Part shown: positions 20,568-31,820 of the stretch, piece by piece
How positions within the stretch are numbered: position 1 is the first letter of the stretch
Layout: every line of letters begins with the position of its first letter
NCBI GenBank assembly: GCA_963663035.1
Contig: OY760074.1
Span: 2,912,001 to 2,976,000 of the forward strand
From: Acidobacteriota bacterium
Lineage (GTDB): Bacteria > Acidobacteriota > UBA6911 > RPQK01 > JADFOI01
DNA length: 64,000 bases
Reading direction: 5' to 3'
The notes under the pieces: generated by a model
Told to the model about the DNA's origin: nothing
Databases searched by the model: none
What the model saw: only the letters and a program-made list of their open reading frames with translations
Position numbers and translations under genes: made by a program

Positions 20568-22376
20568 CTACTGGACGTTCACGCTGATCTCCTGCCATCC
20601 ATTCAGAACGAAATCTGTGGCCGGCAGCTCGTGTTCAACGTATATCACCCTACTGATCGGCAAAACGTCGCCAGAGGTCTTCTCAGAACCGTAGAGTGCC
20701 AGTAGGGAGGGAGGAAGGTCAGGCATTCCCTCTCCCGCAATCACTGATCCTGATTGCTCACGCGTCAAGCGGATATACAGACGATCGTTCTTCTTCAAGT
20801 TGTTAATCGCTTTAATCAGCTGCTGCAAGCTCTCCGGGACAAACTCGCCCCGGCCGTCACCGGCATCCTTTCGAGCCAGTGACAAGCCATCGGCGACCAC
20901 GACCCTCAGAGGACCGGCGCCGACTTCCTCGGGAATCTTCAGCGGGTATTTCTCGATCATTGTCTCGCCATTGGATTGGCGCAAAAACACCGTCAGATTG
21001 ACTTCCTCTCCCGGGTCTGCTTCCAACTGGTCCAGCCACACCTTTTCCAATGTGGCTTCTCGAGTCTGTTCGACCGCTGTGATTTCGATATTGATTTTCT
21101 CCATGACCAGGTCCTCAAATCCACTGGTCAACAGAAAGTTCACCGGAGTAGCTGCGGCCAGTGCAGCGACAACGGAACCGCTCATCAGATCGGAAACACT
21201 GCTCTCGAACTTGATATCCTGTTGCCCTTTTACCGATATGGTGCATTTGACTTGCAGAGTCTGTCCGCCAATGGATCGTTCTGAGGAAACGATGCTGCTG
21301 TGGACCGCAAAGCTCATCAGAAAAGGAGTGAGAAAGGCGTCCGTTACGACTTCGAAATTCAACTGTTTGAGTTCATTCCGGCTGGTGTGGAGCTTCAAAT
21401 CAACCGGTATGAGTTGAGGCCTCTCTCCGGCCACACCCATAATTCCCGTGGCACGATCCTGTTTGATACTCCCGATGAATCCGATCGGCGCCGAGACCTT
21501 CTGGCTGGTCATCAAACTGGGAATAATGGTCAGTACGGCCGCCTGACTCAGAGGTAAGTCCGTGTAACCGATGCTCAGAAAAGGGTGACCAAAAGCATAG
21601 ATCTTGGACCCATCGATGAAGGTAACAGTGCCACTGGCACTGACATCCACGTCTCCCCTGACCAGCTGGACGCTGATTGTCGAACCGGCCTGCAGAGGAA
21701 CATTCTCAAAGTCTTCCATTCTGGCACTACCCATACCCCCCACCGGGACCAGACCCAGGGACTCCAGCTGAGAGGCAAAGGGCTCAATGGAGCTGGCCGA
21801 AAAGCCAGAGAGATTTAAGGGCGTAGCGATCGGCTGCAGCCTTCCAAAGTTCCGTCCACGAGTGACTGCAGGATCTACGAAAAATCGGGGGTTTTCAAAG
21901 TGAGAGAAAAAGGACGGCGACTGTGCCACCTGATACATTTCCTGAGGATTGACACTTCGGAGAATCCGAGGGCGGGCTCCAGGATTTTCCTTGAAGATGT
22001 CAAGCATTTCACGGATGGGAGTGATGCCGACAATGGGTTCTTTGGCGAAGGGAAAGGAGAAGGCAACCGCTCCAATCAACTTGTCCTCAATGTAGACGGG
22101 GCTTCCACTCATTCTGGCAAACACTCCCGTGGAGTCAATCGATGCACCCGCCAGCCGCGCCAAAATCATATTGTGTTTCGGCCCGACGTTCTCCAGAACA
22201 CCCAGAATTTCAACCTGGAAAGTTTCTACCCGGGTCCCTTTGAAGACTGTCTTTCCGTATCCCTCTTGCCCCGACTTGATCGATTCCAGAGGATAGAAGT
22301 CAGCCGACTGGCCAGTCAGGGGAATGCTAGCCAGGAACGATAGGGCCAAGATCTGACCCAGTTGCCGAAAACTCAT
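20568..22376 (-). CDS. SpoIVB peptidase S55 domain protein, exported
   Basis: Signal peptide from ATG 22376; MSGSPVY, AFGHPF and QDRATGI motifs. Confidence 0.88.
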   Translation of the reverse strand: MSFRQLGQILALSFLASIPLTGQSADFYPLESIKSGQEGYGKTVFKGTRVETFQVEILGVLENVGPKHNMILARLAGASIDSTGVFARMSGSPVYIEDKLIGAVAFSFPFAKEPIVGITPIREMLDIFKENPGARPRILRSVNPQEMYQVAQSPSFFSHFENPRFFVDPAVTRGRNFGRLQPIATPLNLSGFSASSIEPFASQLESLGLVPVGGMGSARMEDFENVPLQAGSTISVQLVRGDVDVSASGTVTFIDGSKIYAFGHPFLSIGYTDLPLSQAAVLTIIPSLMTSQKVSAPIGFIGSIKQDRATGIMGVAGERPQLIPVDLKLHTSRNELKQLNFEVVTDAFLTPFLMSFAVHSSIVSSERSIGGQTLQVKCTISVKGQQDIKFESSVSDLMSGSVVAALAAATPVNFLLTSGFEDLVMEKINIEITAVEQTREATLEKVWLDQLEADPGEEVNLTVFLRQSNGETMIEKYPLKIPEEVGAGPLRVVVADGLSLARKDAGDGRGEFVPESLQQLIKAINNLKKNDRLYIRLTREQSGSVIAGEGMPDLPPSLLALYGSEKTSGDVLPISRVIYVEHELPATDFVLNGWQEISVNVQ

Positions 22377-22550
22377 TTTGGAAGAACCTCTCTGCTCTGG
22401 GCTGTCGCTCCACCAGAATACCGAGTGAGAATTCTCCGGGTCAATGATTCTGGCACTCAGAGGCACTTTGTCAGTGTCGCCTGTCAAAATTAGTCCACAT
22501 GTTTTCTCCACAGACAGTCTTGCCTAGCCTGATGTCAGACGGAAGTCTCA

Positions 22551-25500
22551 ATGCTTAGACTTGATCGGCTGGAACTAACTGGATTTAAATCGTTTGCGGA
22601 GAAAACCTCCATTCAGTTCGAGGGGGGAATCAGCAGCATCGTCGGACCCAACGGCTGTGGCAAGTCCAACCTGGCAGATGCCATCGGTTGGGTGCTGGGT
22701 AGTGGGAGCGCTCAAAGCCTTCGGGGCCAGAGAATGGATGATGTGATCTTCAGCGGAACCCGCAAACGCCGACCCTCCGGGCTGGTAGACGCAACCCTGG
22801 TCTTTTCTCGAGACGACAACAAGCCAATCGTTCTGAAAGAAACGGAGTTTTCCGGTGAAATCCTGGAGATTGGCCGCAAGCTTTATCGTTCCGGGGAAAG
22901 TGTCTACACAGTGAACCAGCGGCGTTGTCGGCTCAAAGACATCCATTCAGTGCTGGAAGAGGCAGGGCTCGGTTTCGCCTCTTACGCCCTCATTGCCCAA
23001 GGGAAGATTGGTTGGTTCCTGCGCGCCAAACCGGTGGAGCGACGTTCGGTCATTGAAGAGGCTGCCTGCATCACGGGATATAAGAGCAGACGGCGCAGTG
23101 CCGAAGTGAAGTTGGAACTGGCACAGCAGAACCTGCTGCGTGTGAACGATATCATTAGCGAGATAGAACGCCGACTCCGCTCGCTCAAGCGTCAGGCCGC
23201 CCAAGCCCGAAGCTACAAAAGAGTGAAGGAAGAATTCCGCCAGGTCCAGCGCCAGAAGTTTGTGCTGGAAGCACATCAGTTGAGAGTGGGTCTCCAGAGT
23301 CTGGACCGGGAGTTGGACCAGCTCAAAAAATCTGACGAAAATCTGAGCAAGGAACTGGTTCAAGGCGAGGAAGCTCATCGCGAGACTTTGAACAAGAGAG
23401 AACAACTGGAATCAGGACTTTCTCAGCTACGACAGACTTCATCAGAAACTCGACTGGAAACAGATCGGACTGAGAATTCAATTCAGTACCATGGTGAGCA
23501 AATCGAGGCCAGCCGAAAATCTCTGGAAATCAATGCCTCAGAACAACAAACGATTGCACAATCCCTGGAAAAGGTTGGGGAGGAGTTAACGCGTTTTCTC
23601 TCCGAGTGTATTACCTTGGAGAAAGAAGAGGAACAGATTGAAGCGGCCATCAACGAACAGACTGAAGTGGTTAACCGACATGAAGCTGAGGTGAAAGAAG
23701 CCGAGGGTCGGGCCCTGGAGCTTCAAACCCGGCTGCCTCGTCTGTCAGCCGAGACAGCCTCCTTCAACAACCTCAAGGGACAACTTGAGCAGCGGCTCCA
23801 GGCCGCTCACTCCAACCGCGAGCGTCTGGAGAGGGCACGAGCCAGTTCTTTGTTGAAGTTGAAAGAGAGCACGGCTTCCTTGACAACGACAAGGAGCAGC
23901 CTTGCAAAGAAGAAATCAGAGACAACTCTGCTGGCTCAGCGCTTGGATGAGCAAGAGACCCAGAAGCTGAATCTCCAACGGCAGTTGGAGGAAACCAAGG
24001 GGGAAGCAGAGGAGGCCCACCAGAAATTCATCGCCCAACGGGAACGACTTCACTCCCTTCAAGAGCTCCAGCTCAGTCATGCCCAGTACAGCGATGGAGT
24101 ACAGAGTATCCTGAAACACCTCAAGGCCACCGAAAGCGTAAGAACTGGGGGTACCCTGGCTGAATGCATTGAGACCAGTCCGCGCTATGAAAAGATGGTG
24201 GAAAAGTTTCTCGAAGAGGAGCTGGAATATATTCTTGTGGATTCCCTGGATGAGGCGCTCGTTGGAATCTCAGAGTTGAGAACACTGAAAAGCGGACGGT
24301 GTACTTTCCTGGCTCTTTCTTCATCCAATGGTTTTCAAAAAAGTAATTCCCACAACCCCATAGTTGGAGCTTCATCAGGTAACGGTGTTCACGGAATGCT
24401 GAGCGACTTGTTGCAGATGAACCCTGAAATCAAGAAGGCTTTTAACCGCGCCTTACCCCAGAGAGCAGAAGCTATCGTGGTTTCCAACCTGGAGAAAGCT
24501 CTTGAACTCGCTCCCCAAAATCCTGAGCGCACTTTTATCACCTTGGACGGGGAATCCCTCACTCCCCGCGGATTGCTGTCGGCAAGTGCCGTCCAGGAGC
24601 AAGAACTGGGGCTGCTGAGTCTGAAGAGACAGAAAAGAGACCTGGAAAATACGATTCTGGAGGTCCAGAAGAGAAGCCAAACGCTTCGAGAGAAACAGGA
24701 ACAACAGCAAGAACAGCTACGCGAGACTCTAAAGTTCTTTACAGACAAGGAAGAATCCCTTCGCCAGTTGGAAAGGGAAATGATCGGCTTGACTCACCTG
24801 GAAGAACAGTGGGAAAGGGAACAAACACTACAAGAGCAGGCGCTGAAGGTCATTGAAGGTGAGATGGCCCAGCTACTGCTTGAACAAGAGCAGCATGCCA
24901 GGGAGATCACAGAAGTCGAAGAGCAATTAGCCGAAAAGAAAGGCCAGCAGGCCTCAAAGGAGAAGCTGCTGTCGCAGACTCAGGACTCCTTGCAACAGCT
25001 CAGGGTAGAGCTCGGGCGGATTCGCGAGCAGCTTCATTCGCGCTCCTCTGATCACAAGGTCTTGGGTGAACGGCGCCTGGCACTCGACCGAGCCGTGGAA
25101 CGGCTAGAGGAACAACGACAAGCTTTTGAGGTTCGCAAAGAAATCACCCAAACAACTCAGCAACAACATGAAGAACGATTGGAGAAGATGACGGCAGCTC
25201 TTGAAACCTTGAGGGCAGACTTCTCCCGCTACCAGAAAGAAGCAGCGCAACTGGCTTCCACTCTCCAGGAGCGGGAAGAGGAATATGAGAGGTGGAAAGA
25301 AGATTATCCGAAGACAGAGGAGGGGTTGGTCGCTTCTCGAGGACGCAAGGCTGAGTTGCAGGAAGAGCGGGCTCAGGTGGATGTCCAGCGGGCACGGGTG
25401 GAGACTCAACTCCAACACATCAACCAGCAGGTCTTGGAGCAACTTCAAATGTCTCTGGATGAGGCTGCTGAAGGAATCGATCCGAAGCAGGTGAGTGAAG

Positions 25501-26135
25501 AGGTTGGCCAGCAACACAGTGATCTCAAGGTGCGCCTGGATCGGTTCGGTCCAATCAATATGGCCGCCTTGCAGGAATACCAGGACATTGAAAAGCGTTT
25601 CAATTTTCTCGACTCACAGCGCCAAGACATTGAGAAATCGATTGCTGACACCACACGGGCGATCCAGGAAATCAATCGACGAAGCCGAGAAAAGTTCAGC
25701 CATGCCTTTGAAGCGATCAATTCACACTTCAACGAGATTTTTCAAAAGCTCTTTGGAGGTGGCGAATGTGGGATGCGGCTCTTGGACGAAGAAGATCTTC
25801 TGGAGAGCGGTCTGGATATCTATGCCCAGCCTCCTGGGAAGAAACTTCAAAACGTCAGGCTTCTCTCAGGCGGAGAAGAGGCGCTGACGGTGTTTGCCCT
25901 TCTGATGGCCATTTTCACTCACCGCCCCAGCCGCTTTTGTGTCCTCGATGAAGTGGACGCACCTCTTGACGATGCCAATGTTGTCCGTTTCACAAACCTT
26001 ATTCAGCAGATGAGCGAGCAAACTCAGTTCATTGTCATTACTCATAACAAGCACACAATGAAGTCGGCCAATGCTCTTTACGGTATCACCATGGAGGAAG
26101 CGGGCGTTTCTCAGGTGGTGTCGGTAAAACTTTAG
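22551..26135 (+). CDS. smc: Chromosome segregation protein SMC
   Basis: GFKSFA, Walker A GPNGCGKSN, long coiled coils with a hinge, LSGGE signature, LDEVDAPLD and ITH. Confidence 0.95.
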   Translation: MLRLDRLELTGFKSFAEKTSIQFEGGISSIVGPNGCGKSNLADAIGWVLGSGSAQSLRGQRMDDVIFSGTRKRRPSGLVDATLVFSRDDNKPIVLKETEFSGEILEIGRKLYRSGESVYTVNQRRCRLKDIHSVLEEAGLGFASYALIAQGKIGWFLRAKPVERRSVIEEAACITGYKSRRRSAEVKLELAQQNLLRVNDIISEIERRLRSLKRQAAQARSYKRVKEEFRQVQRQKFVLEAHQLRVGLQSLDRELDQLKKSDENLSKELVQGEEAHRETLNKREQLESGLSQLRQTSSETRLETDRTENSIQYHGEQIEASRKSLEINASEQQTIAQSLEKVGEELTRFLSECITLEKEEEQIEAAINEQTEVVNRHEAEVKEAEGRALELQTRLPRLSAETASFNNLKGQLEQRLQAAHSNRERLERARASSLLKLKESTASLTTTRSSLAKKKSETTLLAQRLDEQETQKLNLQRQLEETKGEAEEAHQKFIAQRERLHSLQELQLSHAQYSDGVQSILKHLKATESVRTGGTLAECIETSPRYEKMVEKFLEEELEYILVDSLDEALVGISELRTLKSGRCTFLALSSSNGFQKSNSHNPIVGASSGNGVHGMLSDLLQMNPEIKKAFNRALPQRAEAIVVSNLEKALELAPQNPERTFITLDGESLTPRGLLSASAVQEQELGLLSLKRQKRDLENTILEVQKRSQTLREKQEQQQEQLRETLKFFTDKEESLRQLEREMIGLTHLEEQWEREQTLQEQALKVIEGEMAQLLLEQEQHAREITEVEEQLAEKKGQQASKEKLLSQTQDSLQQLRVELGRIREQLHSRSSDHKVLGERRLALDRAVERLEEQRQAFEVRKEITQTTQQQHEERLEKMTAALETLRADFSRYQKEAAQLASTLQEREEEYERWKEDYPKTEEGLVASRGRKAELQEERAQVDVQRARVETQLQHINQQVLEQLQMSLDEAAEGIDPKQVSEEVGQQHSDLKVRLDRFGPINMAALQEYQDIEKRFNFLDSQRQDIEKSIADTTRAIQEINRRSREKFSHAFEAINSHFNEIFQKLFGGGECGMRLLDEEDLLESGLDIYAQPPGKKLQNVRLLSGGEEALTVFALLMAIFTHRPSRFCVLDEVDAPLDDANVVRFTNLIQQMSEQTQFIVITHNKHTMKSANALYGITMEEAGVSQVVSVKL

Positions 26136-26281
26136 CCGAGATTATTCATAAGTTATCTACTGCAGTGCCGCAATCATCCACGCTGACTGCGTAGTGCGAC
26201 CCGCAAAGCGGGTACCCCTCGCACGCCTTGTCATCTCGGCGCCTGCGGCACTTCGTCACGAAAACCTATGAATAATCTCGG
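26136..26281 (-). mobile_element. Structured MITE-like element, type A, 146 bp, exactly between two convergent TAG stops
   Basis: Perfect TIR CCGAGATTATTCATA/TATGAATAATCTCGG, flanks TTAG/CTAG. Confidence 0.88.
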
Positions 26282-26518
26282 CTAGCCTCTTCCCTTCTTC
26301 TCGATTCCGTGTTCCCGGATTTTCTTGGAGAGCGTATTTCGATGAACGCCCATGGTTTCGGCTGCGCGGCTCAGGCTTCCATTCGTTTCCTTCAGGACGC
26401 GCAGGATAAAGAGCTTTTCGAACTGGGAAACGGCTTCAGACCAGTAAATTCCCTTGGTCACCATCTCATCAATGAGCTTCTCGAGTACCTGTTTGATTTT
26501 GGTCTGTTCGGCGCTCAT
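26282..26518 (-). CDS. Small Fis-type (HTH_8) DNA-binding protein
   Basis: FEKLFILRVLKETNGSLSRAAETMGVHRNTLSKKI. Confidence 0.85.
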   Translation of the reverse strand: MSAEQTKIKQVLEKLIDEMVTKGIYWSEAVSQFEKLFILRVLKETNGSLSRAAETMGVHRNTLSKKIREHGIEKKGRG

Positions 26519-27420
26519 AGCACTTCATCCAAGTTTCTGCCCGTCAGGCGAAAATAAGCTTCCAAGTAGCGCCTTGAGGTGGCTTCCACGATAGACTCGG
26601 GAAGCTCCGGGCCGGGAGGGGTTTTGTCCCAATCAAGCGTCTCTACAAAATCGCGAATGAATTGTTTGTCGAAGGAAGGCTGAGATTTTCCCGGTTCAAA
26701 TCCATCAGCCGGCCAGAATCGGGAGGAGTCCGGTGTGAGAGCCTCATCGATGAGGAGCAGGCGTGAGCCCTCCATACCGAATTCAAACTTGGTATCGCAA
26801 ATGATAATGCCTCTCTGAAAGGCAAGTTTTCGGGCTCGCTTGTAGAGTCGAAGGCTCAGGTCTCGTACCTGTTCCGCCAAGTCAGGTCCAATGATCTCGG
26901 CAGCACGCTCAAAGCTGATATTCTCGTCATGGCCCGTTTTCGCCTTGGTGGACGGAGTAAAAATCGGTTCAGGAAGCTCTTCTGACTCGCGCAGTCCCTT
27001 GGGCAACTGCTCTCCACAAATCGTTCCACTCTGGCGATATTCTTTCCAGCCCGACCCGGCCAGGTAACCCCGCACCACACACTCGATAGGAAGAGGACTA
27101 CACCTTCGAACCAGCATGGAACGACCTGCCAACTGCTCCCTGAAGGCACTCAGGGAAGCTGGAAACTCTTCCACCCGGACAGAGATGAGGTGATGAGGGA
27201 CAATCCCTTCCAGTTGCTCAAACCAAAAGGCAGAAAGTTGGGTCAAAACCTTCCCTTTCTGAGGGATCGCATCGGGCAATATCACGTCAAAGGCCGAAAT
27301 TCGATCAGTTGCAACCATGAGAAGCTGGTCGTCCAGCGAAAACATCTCCCTGACCTTTCCTTGGCAAACTTTGGGAATTCCAGGCAGTTCCTGCGTCTTG
27401 ATAGCTGTTTCTCGTCCCAC
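26515..27420 (-). CDS. purC: Phosphoribosylaminoimidazole-succinocarboxamide synthase
   Basis: GKVRE, TDRISAFD, ECVVRGYLAGSG, DTKFEFG and TPDSSRFW. GTG start at 27420 with SD GGAGG. Confidence 0.96.
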   Translation of the reverse strand: MGRETAIKTQELPGIPKVCQGKVREMFSLDDQLLMVATDRISAFDVILPDAIPQKGKVLTQLSAFWFEQLEGIVPHHLISVRVEEFPASLSAFREQLAGRSMLVRRCSPLPIECVVRGYLAGSGWKEYRQSGTICGEQLPKGLRESEELPEPIFTPSTKAKTGHDENISFERAAEIIGPDLAEQVRDLSLRLYKRARKLAFQRGIIICDTKFEFGMEGSRLLLIDEALTPDSSRFWPADGFEPGKSQPSFDKQFIRDFVETLDWDKTPPGPELPESIVEATSRRYLEAYFRLTGRNLDEVL

Positions 27421-27439
27421 TGGCCTCTCTCCTCCCAAG

Positions 27440-27647
27440 CCGGCATCATGCATAAGTCATCTACTGCAGGGCCGCAATCATCCACGCTGACTGCGTTGTG
27501 CGACCCGCAAAGCGGGTACCCCTTGGGCTCCTCGGCGTACTGCATGAGTACGCCTGCGGGGCCCGACCCGCAAGCGGGTACCCCTCGCACGCCTTGTCAT
27601 CGCAGCGCCTGCGACCCTCCGTCACGATGACCTATGCATAATCCCGG
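27440..27647 (-). mobile_element. Structured MITE-like element, type A, long form of 208 bp, just upstream of the purC RBS
   Basis: TIR CCGGCATCATGCATA/TATGCATAATCCCGG, flanks CAAG/CTAG. Two GGGGTACCCGC..GCGGGTC modules surround the inner hairpin. Confidence 0.85.
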
Positions 27648-27718
27648 CTAGTGATTCTATATGGAAGATGGGCAACAGGAAAACTTCCATCAGAAAAAGG
27701 GTTAAGTTTTCTAATCGC

Positions 27719-27774
27719 TTGACAGCCTGAAAAATCTGTTGCTATAGTTAGCAGTCAATCAAGGGGAGTGCTAA
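27719..27774 (+). promoter_or_regulatory. groESL sigma70 promoter and CIRCE operator (HrcA)
   Basis: TTGACA-N18-TATAGT followed by TTAGCAGTC-N9-GAGTGCTAA (27748-27774). Confidence 0.92.
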
Positions 27775-27866
27775 ACAGACAACGTAATTACCTGTGGAAG
27801 CTGGTGTTTCTCAAGCTTCCACATTTTTTTGAACCTAAAGATTAGCAAGAAAGGAGCATACAGCTG

Positions 27867-28187
27867 ATGAAGATCAAGCCTTTACATGATCGAGTTTTAG
27901 TCAAGCGACTGGGCAACGACGAGGAGGAGATTCGAGGTGGAATTGTCATTCCTGATACGGCCAAGGAAAAACCTCAAGAGGGAGAGGTCGCGGCTGTCGG
28001 GGATGGGAAGGTCCTGGACAGTGGAGACACGGTCAAACCGTCGGTGAAAGAAGGAGACCGGATCCTGTTTGGGAAATATTCGGGGACAGAAGTAAAGATC
28101 GACGATGAAGACTTCCTGATCATGCGCGAGGACGAAATTCTGGGAATTTTGCTCTCCAAGAAAGTCAAGGTCAAGGTTCAGGCATAA
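27867..28187 (+). CDS. groES: Co-chaperonin GroES
   Basis: [26 protein letters not shown] and FGKYSGTE. Confidence 0.98.
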   Translation: MKIKPLHDRVLVKRLGNDEEEIRGGIVIPDTAKEKPQEGEVAAVGDGKVLDSGDTVKPSVKEGDRILFGKYSGTEVKIDDEDFLIMREDEILGILLSKKVKVKVQA

Positions 28188-28236
28188 AGAAGACAAGGAC
28201 TTAGATAACGACTTAAGAAAGTCTTACCCGGTTTAA

Positions 28237-29901
<1,665 letters not shown>

Positions 29902-29909
29902 TCTAAGGC

Positions 29910-29971
29910 GTCCGCTCTGAGAGCGGACAAGAGAATACTGCAGCAGCGCCCGCTTTTAGAGCGGGCGCTGC
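29910..29971 (+). terminator. Two GC-rich hairpins after groEL (terminator or REP-like)
   Basis: GTCCGCTCTGAGAGCGGAC and GCAGCGCCCGCT-TTTAG-AGCGGGCGCTGC. The T-rich tract lies about 20 bp further on. Confidence 0.5.
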
Positions 29972-30029
29972 ACACTCCTACCGGGTTTTCCCCTTTTTTC
30001 TTTTTTCTTTTTTCTGCACAATAGCGCCC

Positions 30030-31631
30030 GTGACTCAAAAATGGTCTGTGGCGTTGTTTTGTGGCAGCGTCATCTACCTGACGCTTTTTTATCAGCTGGG
30101 CAACCTGGCCTTTCTCGGTGCGGATGAGCCCCGTTACGCCCGCATTGGCGAGGAAATGAACCTGCGGGACAGCTATATCACTCCAACCCTGAATTTTCGA
30201 CCTTGGCTAGAGAAACCCCCCTTACTGTTCTGGCTGGAGGCGGGTAGTTTCCAACTTTTCGGAGTTCACGAATGGTCGGCCCGACTGCCGGTGGGAATCG
30301 TGGCCCTGCTGTCACTGCTCATGATGGCCCTACTGGCCTTTAAGCTTGCAGGTCCTCGCGTCGCCATTCTCACTGTCTTGATCTTATCCACTTCAATGCT
30401 CTTCGTTGCCTTTGCCCGGGCTGCCAGCACCGATACGCTCCTGGTTGCGCTGCTCAGCGCGGCTATGGTTTGTGGCTTTCAAGCCACCCGCGGCAGCTCC
30501 ATCCTGTGGGCAGGCAGCGCCGGGGTGGCACTAGGTCTTTCCGTGTTGGCCAAAGGACCTGTGGCGGTGGTTCTCTTCGCCGGCATCTTTGGACTTTACT
30601 TTCTGCTTGAACAAGAAATCGGTTGGACCGCGCTACAGATCGCCGTGGCAGCGAGCCTCTTTTTGGTGACGAGTGTTCCCTGGTTTTGGCAGGTTTGGGT
30701 GGAGAATGGATACGATTTCATAGCCACCTTCTGGCTCAATCATCACCTGGCACGCTTTTTCACCGATATCCACCATCACTCCCAACCCTTCTGGTATTAC
30801 CTGGCTGTGGTGGCCTTAGGTTTCTTCCCCTGGGTTTGCTTCCTCGGTTCCGCCTCCTTACGCACCTGGCGGCGGGGCAGGCATCTTCTCAGTTCCGCCT
30901 ACCGCCCTGAACTCTTTCTATGGCTGTGGGTGGGAGTGCCCTTTGTTTTCTTTTCACTCAGTGAGAGCAAACTGGCGGGTTATATTCTGCCAGTGTTCCC
31001 ACCACTGGCTGTGATTGTTGCCATGGAGTGGGAACACTGGCTCAAAGGTGATCTGATTAGCCATCGCCTGATGCCTGCCCAACTCCTGGCGCTGGTAGGA
31101 TATGGCCTGGTTGTGGCTGTTTCATTGATCTGGGGTTCTTACTCGGCATACGGTGCGCTGGGTCTCGGCATCCTTTTGGCCTTACCGATTTTAGGAGGGA
31201 TCACCTGGGCTTACCTTAAGTTCCGGCAACATCGTCCTCTGGCTATCTTCTTGTCCCTGGTGGCAGCTATGACCTTATTTACGGCACTCACCTTTTGGAG
31301 GGCGGCCCCGGTGGTTGATGATTACCACTCCGCTCGAGATCTCAGCCAGCTCATCCTTCCTGAAATCTCCGCCAACGAGCCCTTGCTTCTTTACCGATAT
31401 TTTCATCACACCGCTCATTACTATACGAACTATCAAACTGCCCAGGAATCGTTATCAGATCTGGCAGGACTTCAAGACTACTTTCAAAACCATCCCCAGA
31501 GTCGATATTACATCCTCACTCAGGAATCAGGCTGGCGCCAGCTTCAGCAGCTCGAGCTCAGTCTGGTTCGACATCAGGGTAATCTCTACCTGCTTGAAAT
31601 CACTCCCCCAGTTCCGGAGGAAAACCATTAG
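30030..31631 (+). CDS. ArnT/PMT-family (GT83/GT39) membrane glycosyltransferase
   Basis: DEPRYA, EKPPL, AKGP and SKLAGYILP motifs; many transmembrane segments. Confidence 0.9.
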   Translation: MTQKWSVALFCGSVIYLTLFYQLGNLAFLGADEPRYARIGEEMNLRDSYITPTLNFRPWLEKPPLLFWLEAGSFQLFGVHEWSARLPVGIVALLSLLMMALLAFKLAGPRVAILTVLILSTSMLFVAFARAASTDTLLVALLSAAMVCGFQATRGSSILWAGSAGVALGLSVLAKGPVAVVLFAGIFGLYFLLEQEIGWTALQIAVAASLFLVTSVPWFWQVWVENGYDFIATFWLNHHLARFFTDIHHHSQPFWYYLAVVALGFFPWVCFLGSASLRTWRRGRHLLSSAYRPELFLWLWVGVPFVFFSLSESKLAGYILPVFPPLAVIVAMEWEHWLKGDLISHRLMPAQLLALVGYGLVVAVSLIWGSYSAYGALGLGILLALPILGGITWAYLKFRQHRPLAIFLSLVAAMTLFTALTFWRAAPVVDDYHSARDLSQLILPEISANEPLLLYRYFHHTAHYYTNYQTAQESLSDLAGLQDYFQNHPQSRYYILTQESGWRQLQQLELSLVRHQGNLYLLEITPPVPEENH

Positions 31632-31777
31632 CCCGCAATTCTCACACCCGCTCTACTGCATCGACGCAAGGACCGACCTGACGGTGTTGCGCGACCCGCA
31701 CAAGCGGGTACCCCTCGCGCGCCTTGTCAGGCCGGTCCTTGCGCCGCTTCGCGACGACCTGGTGTGAGAAATGCGGG
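31632..31777 (-). mobile_element. Structured MITE-like element, type B, 146 bp
   Basis: TIR CCCGCAATTCTCACACC/GGTGTGAGAAATGCGGG. Begins right after the TAG stop of the glycosyltransferase. Confidence 0.8.
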
Positions 31778-31820
31778 CGACCAGGGCCCAACATGTTAAG
31801 ATAAGCACTTTACGGTAGGT

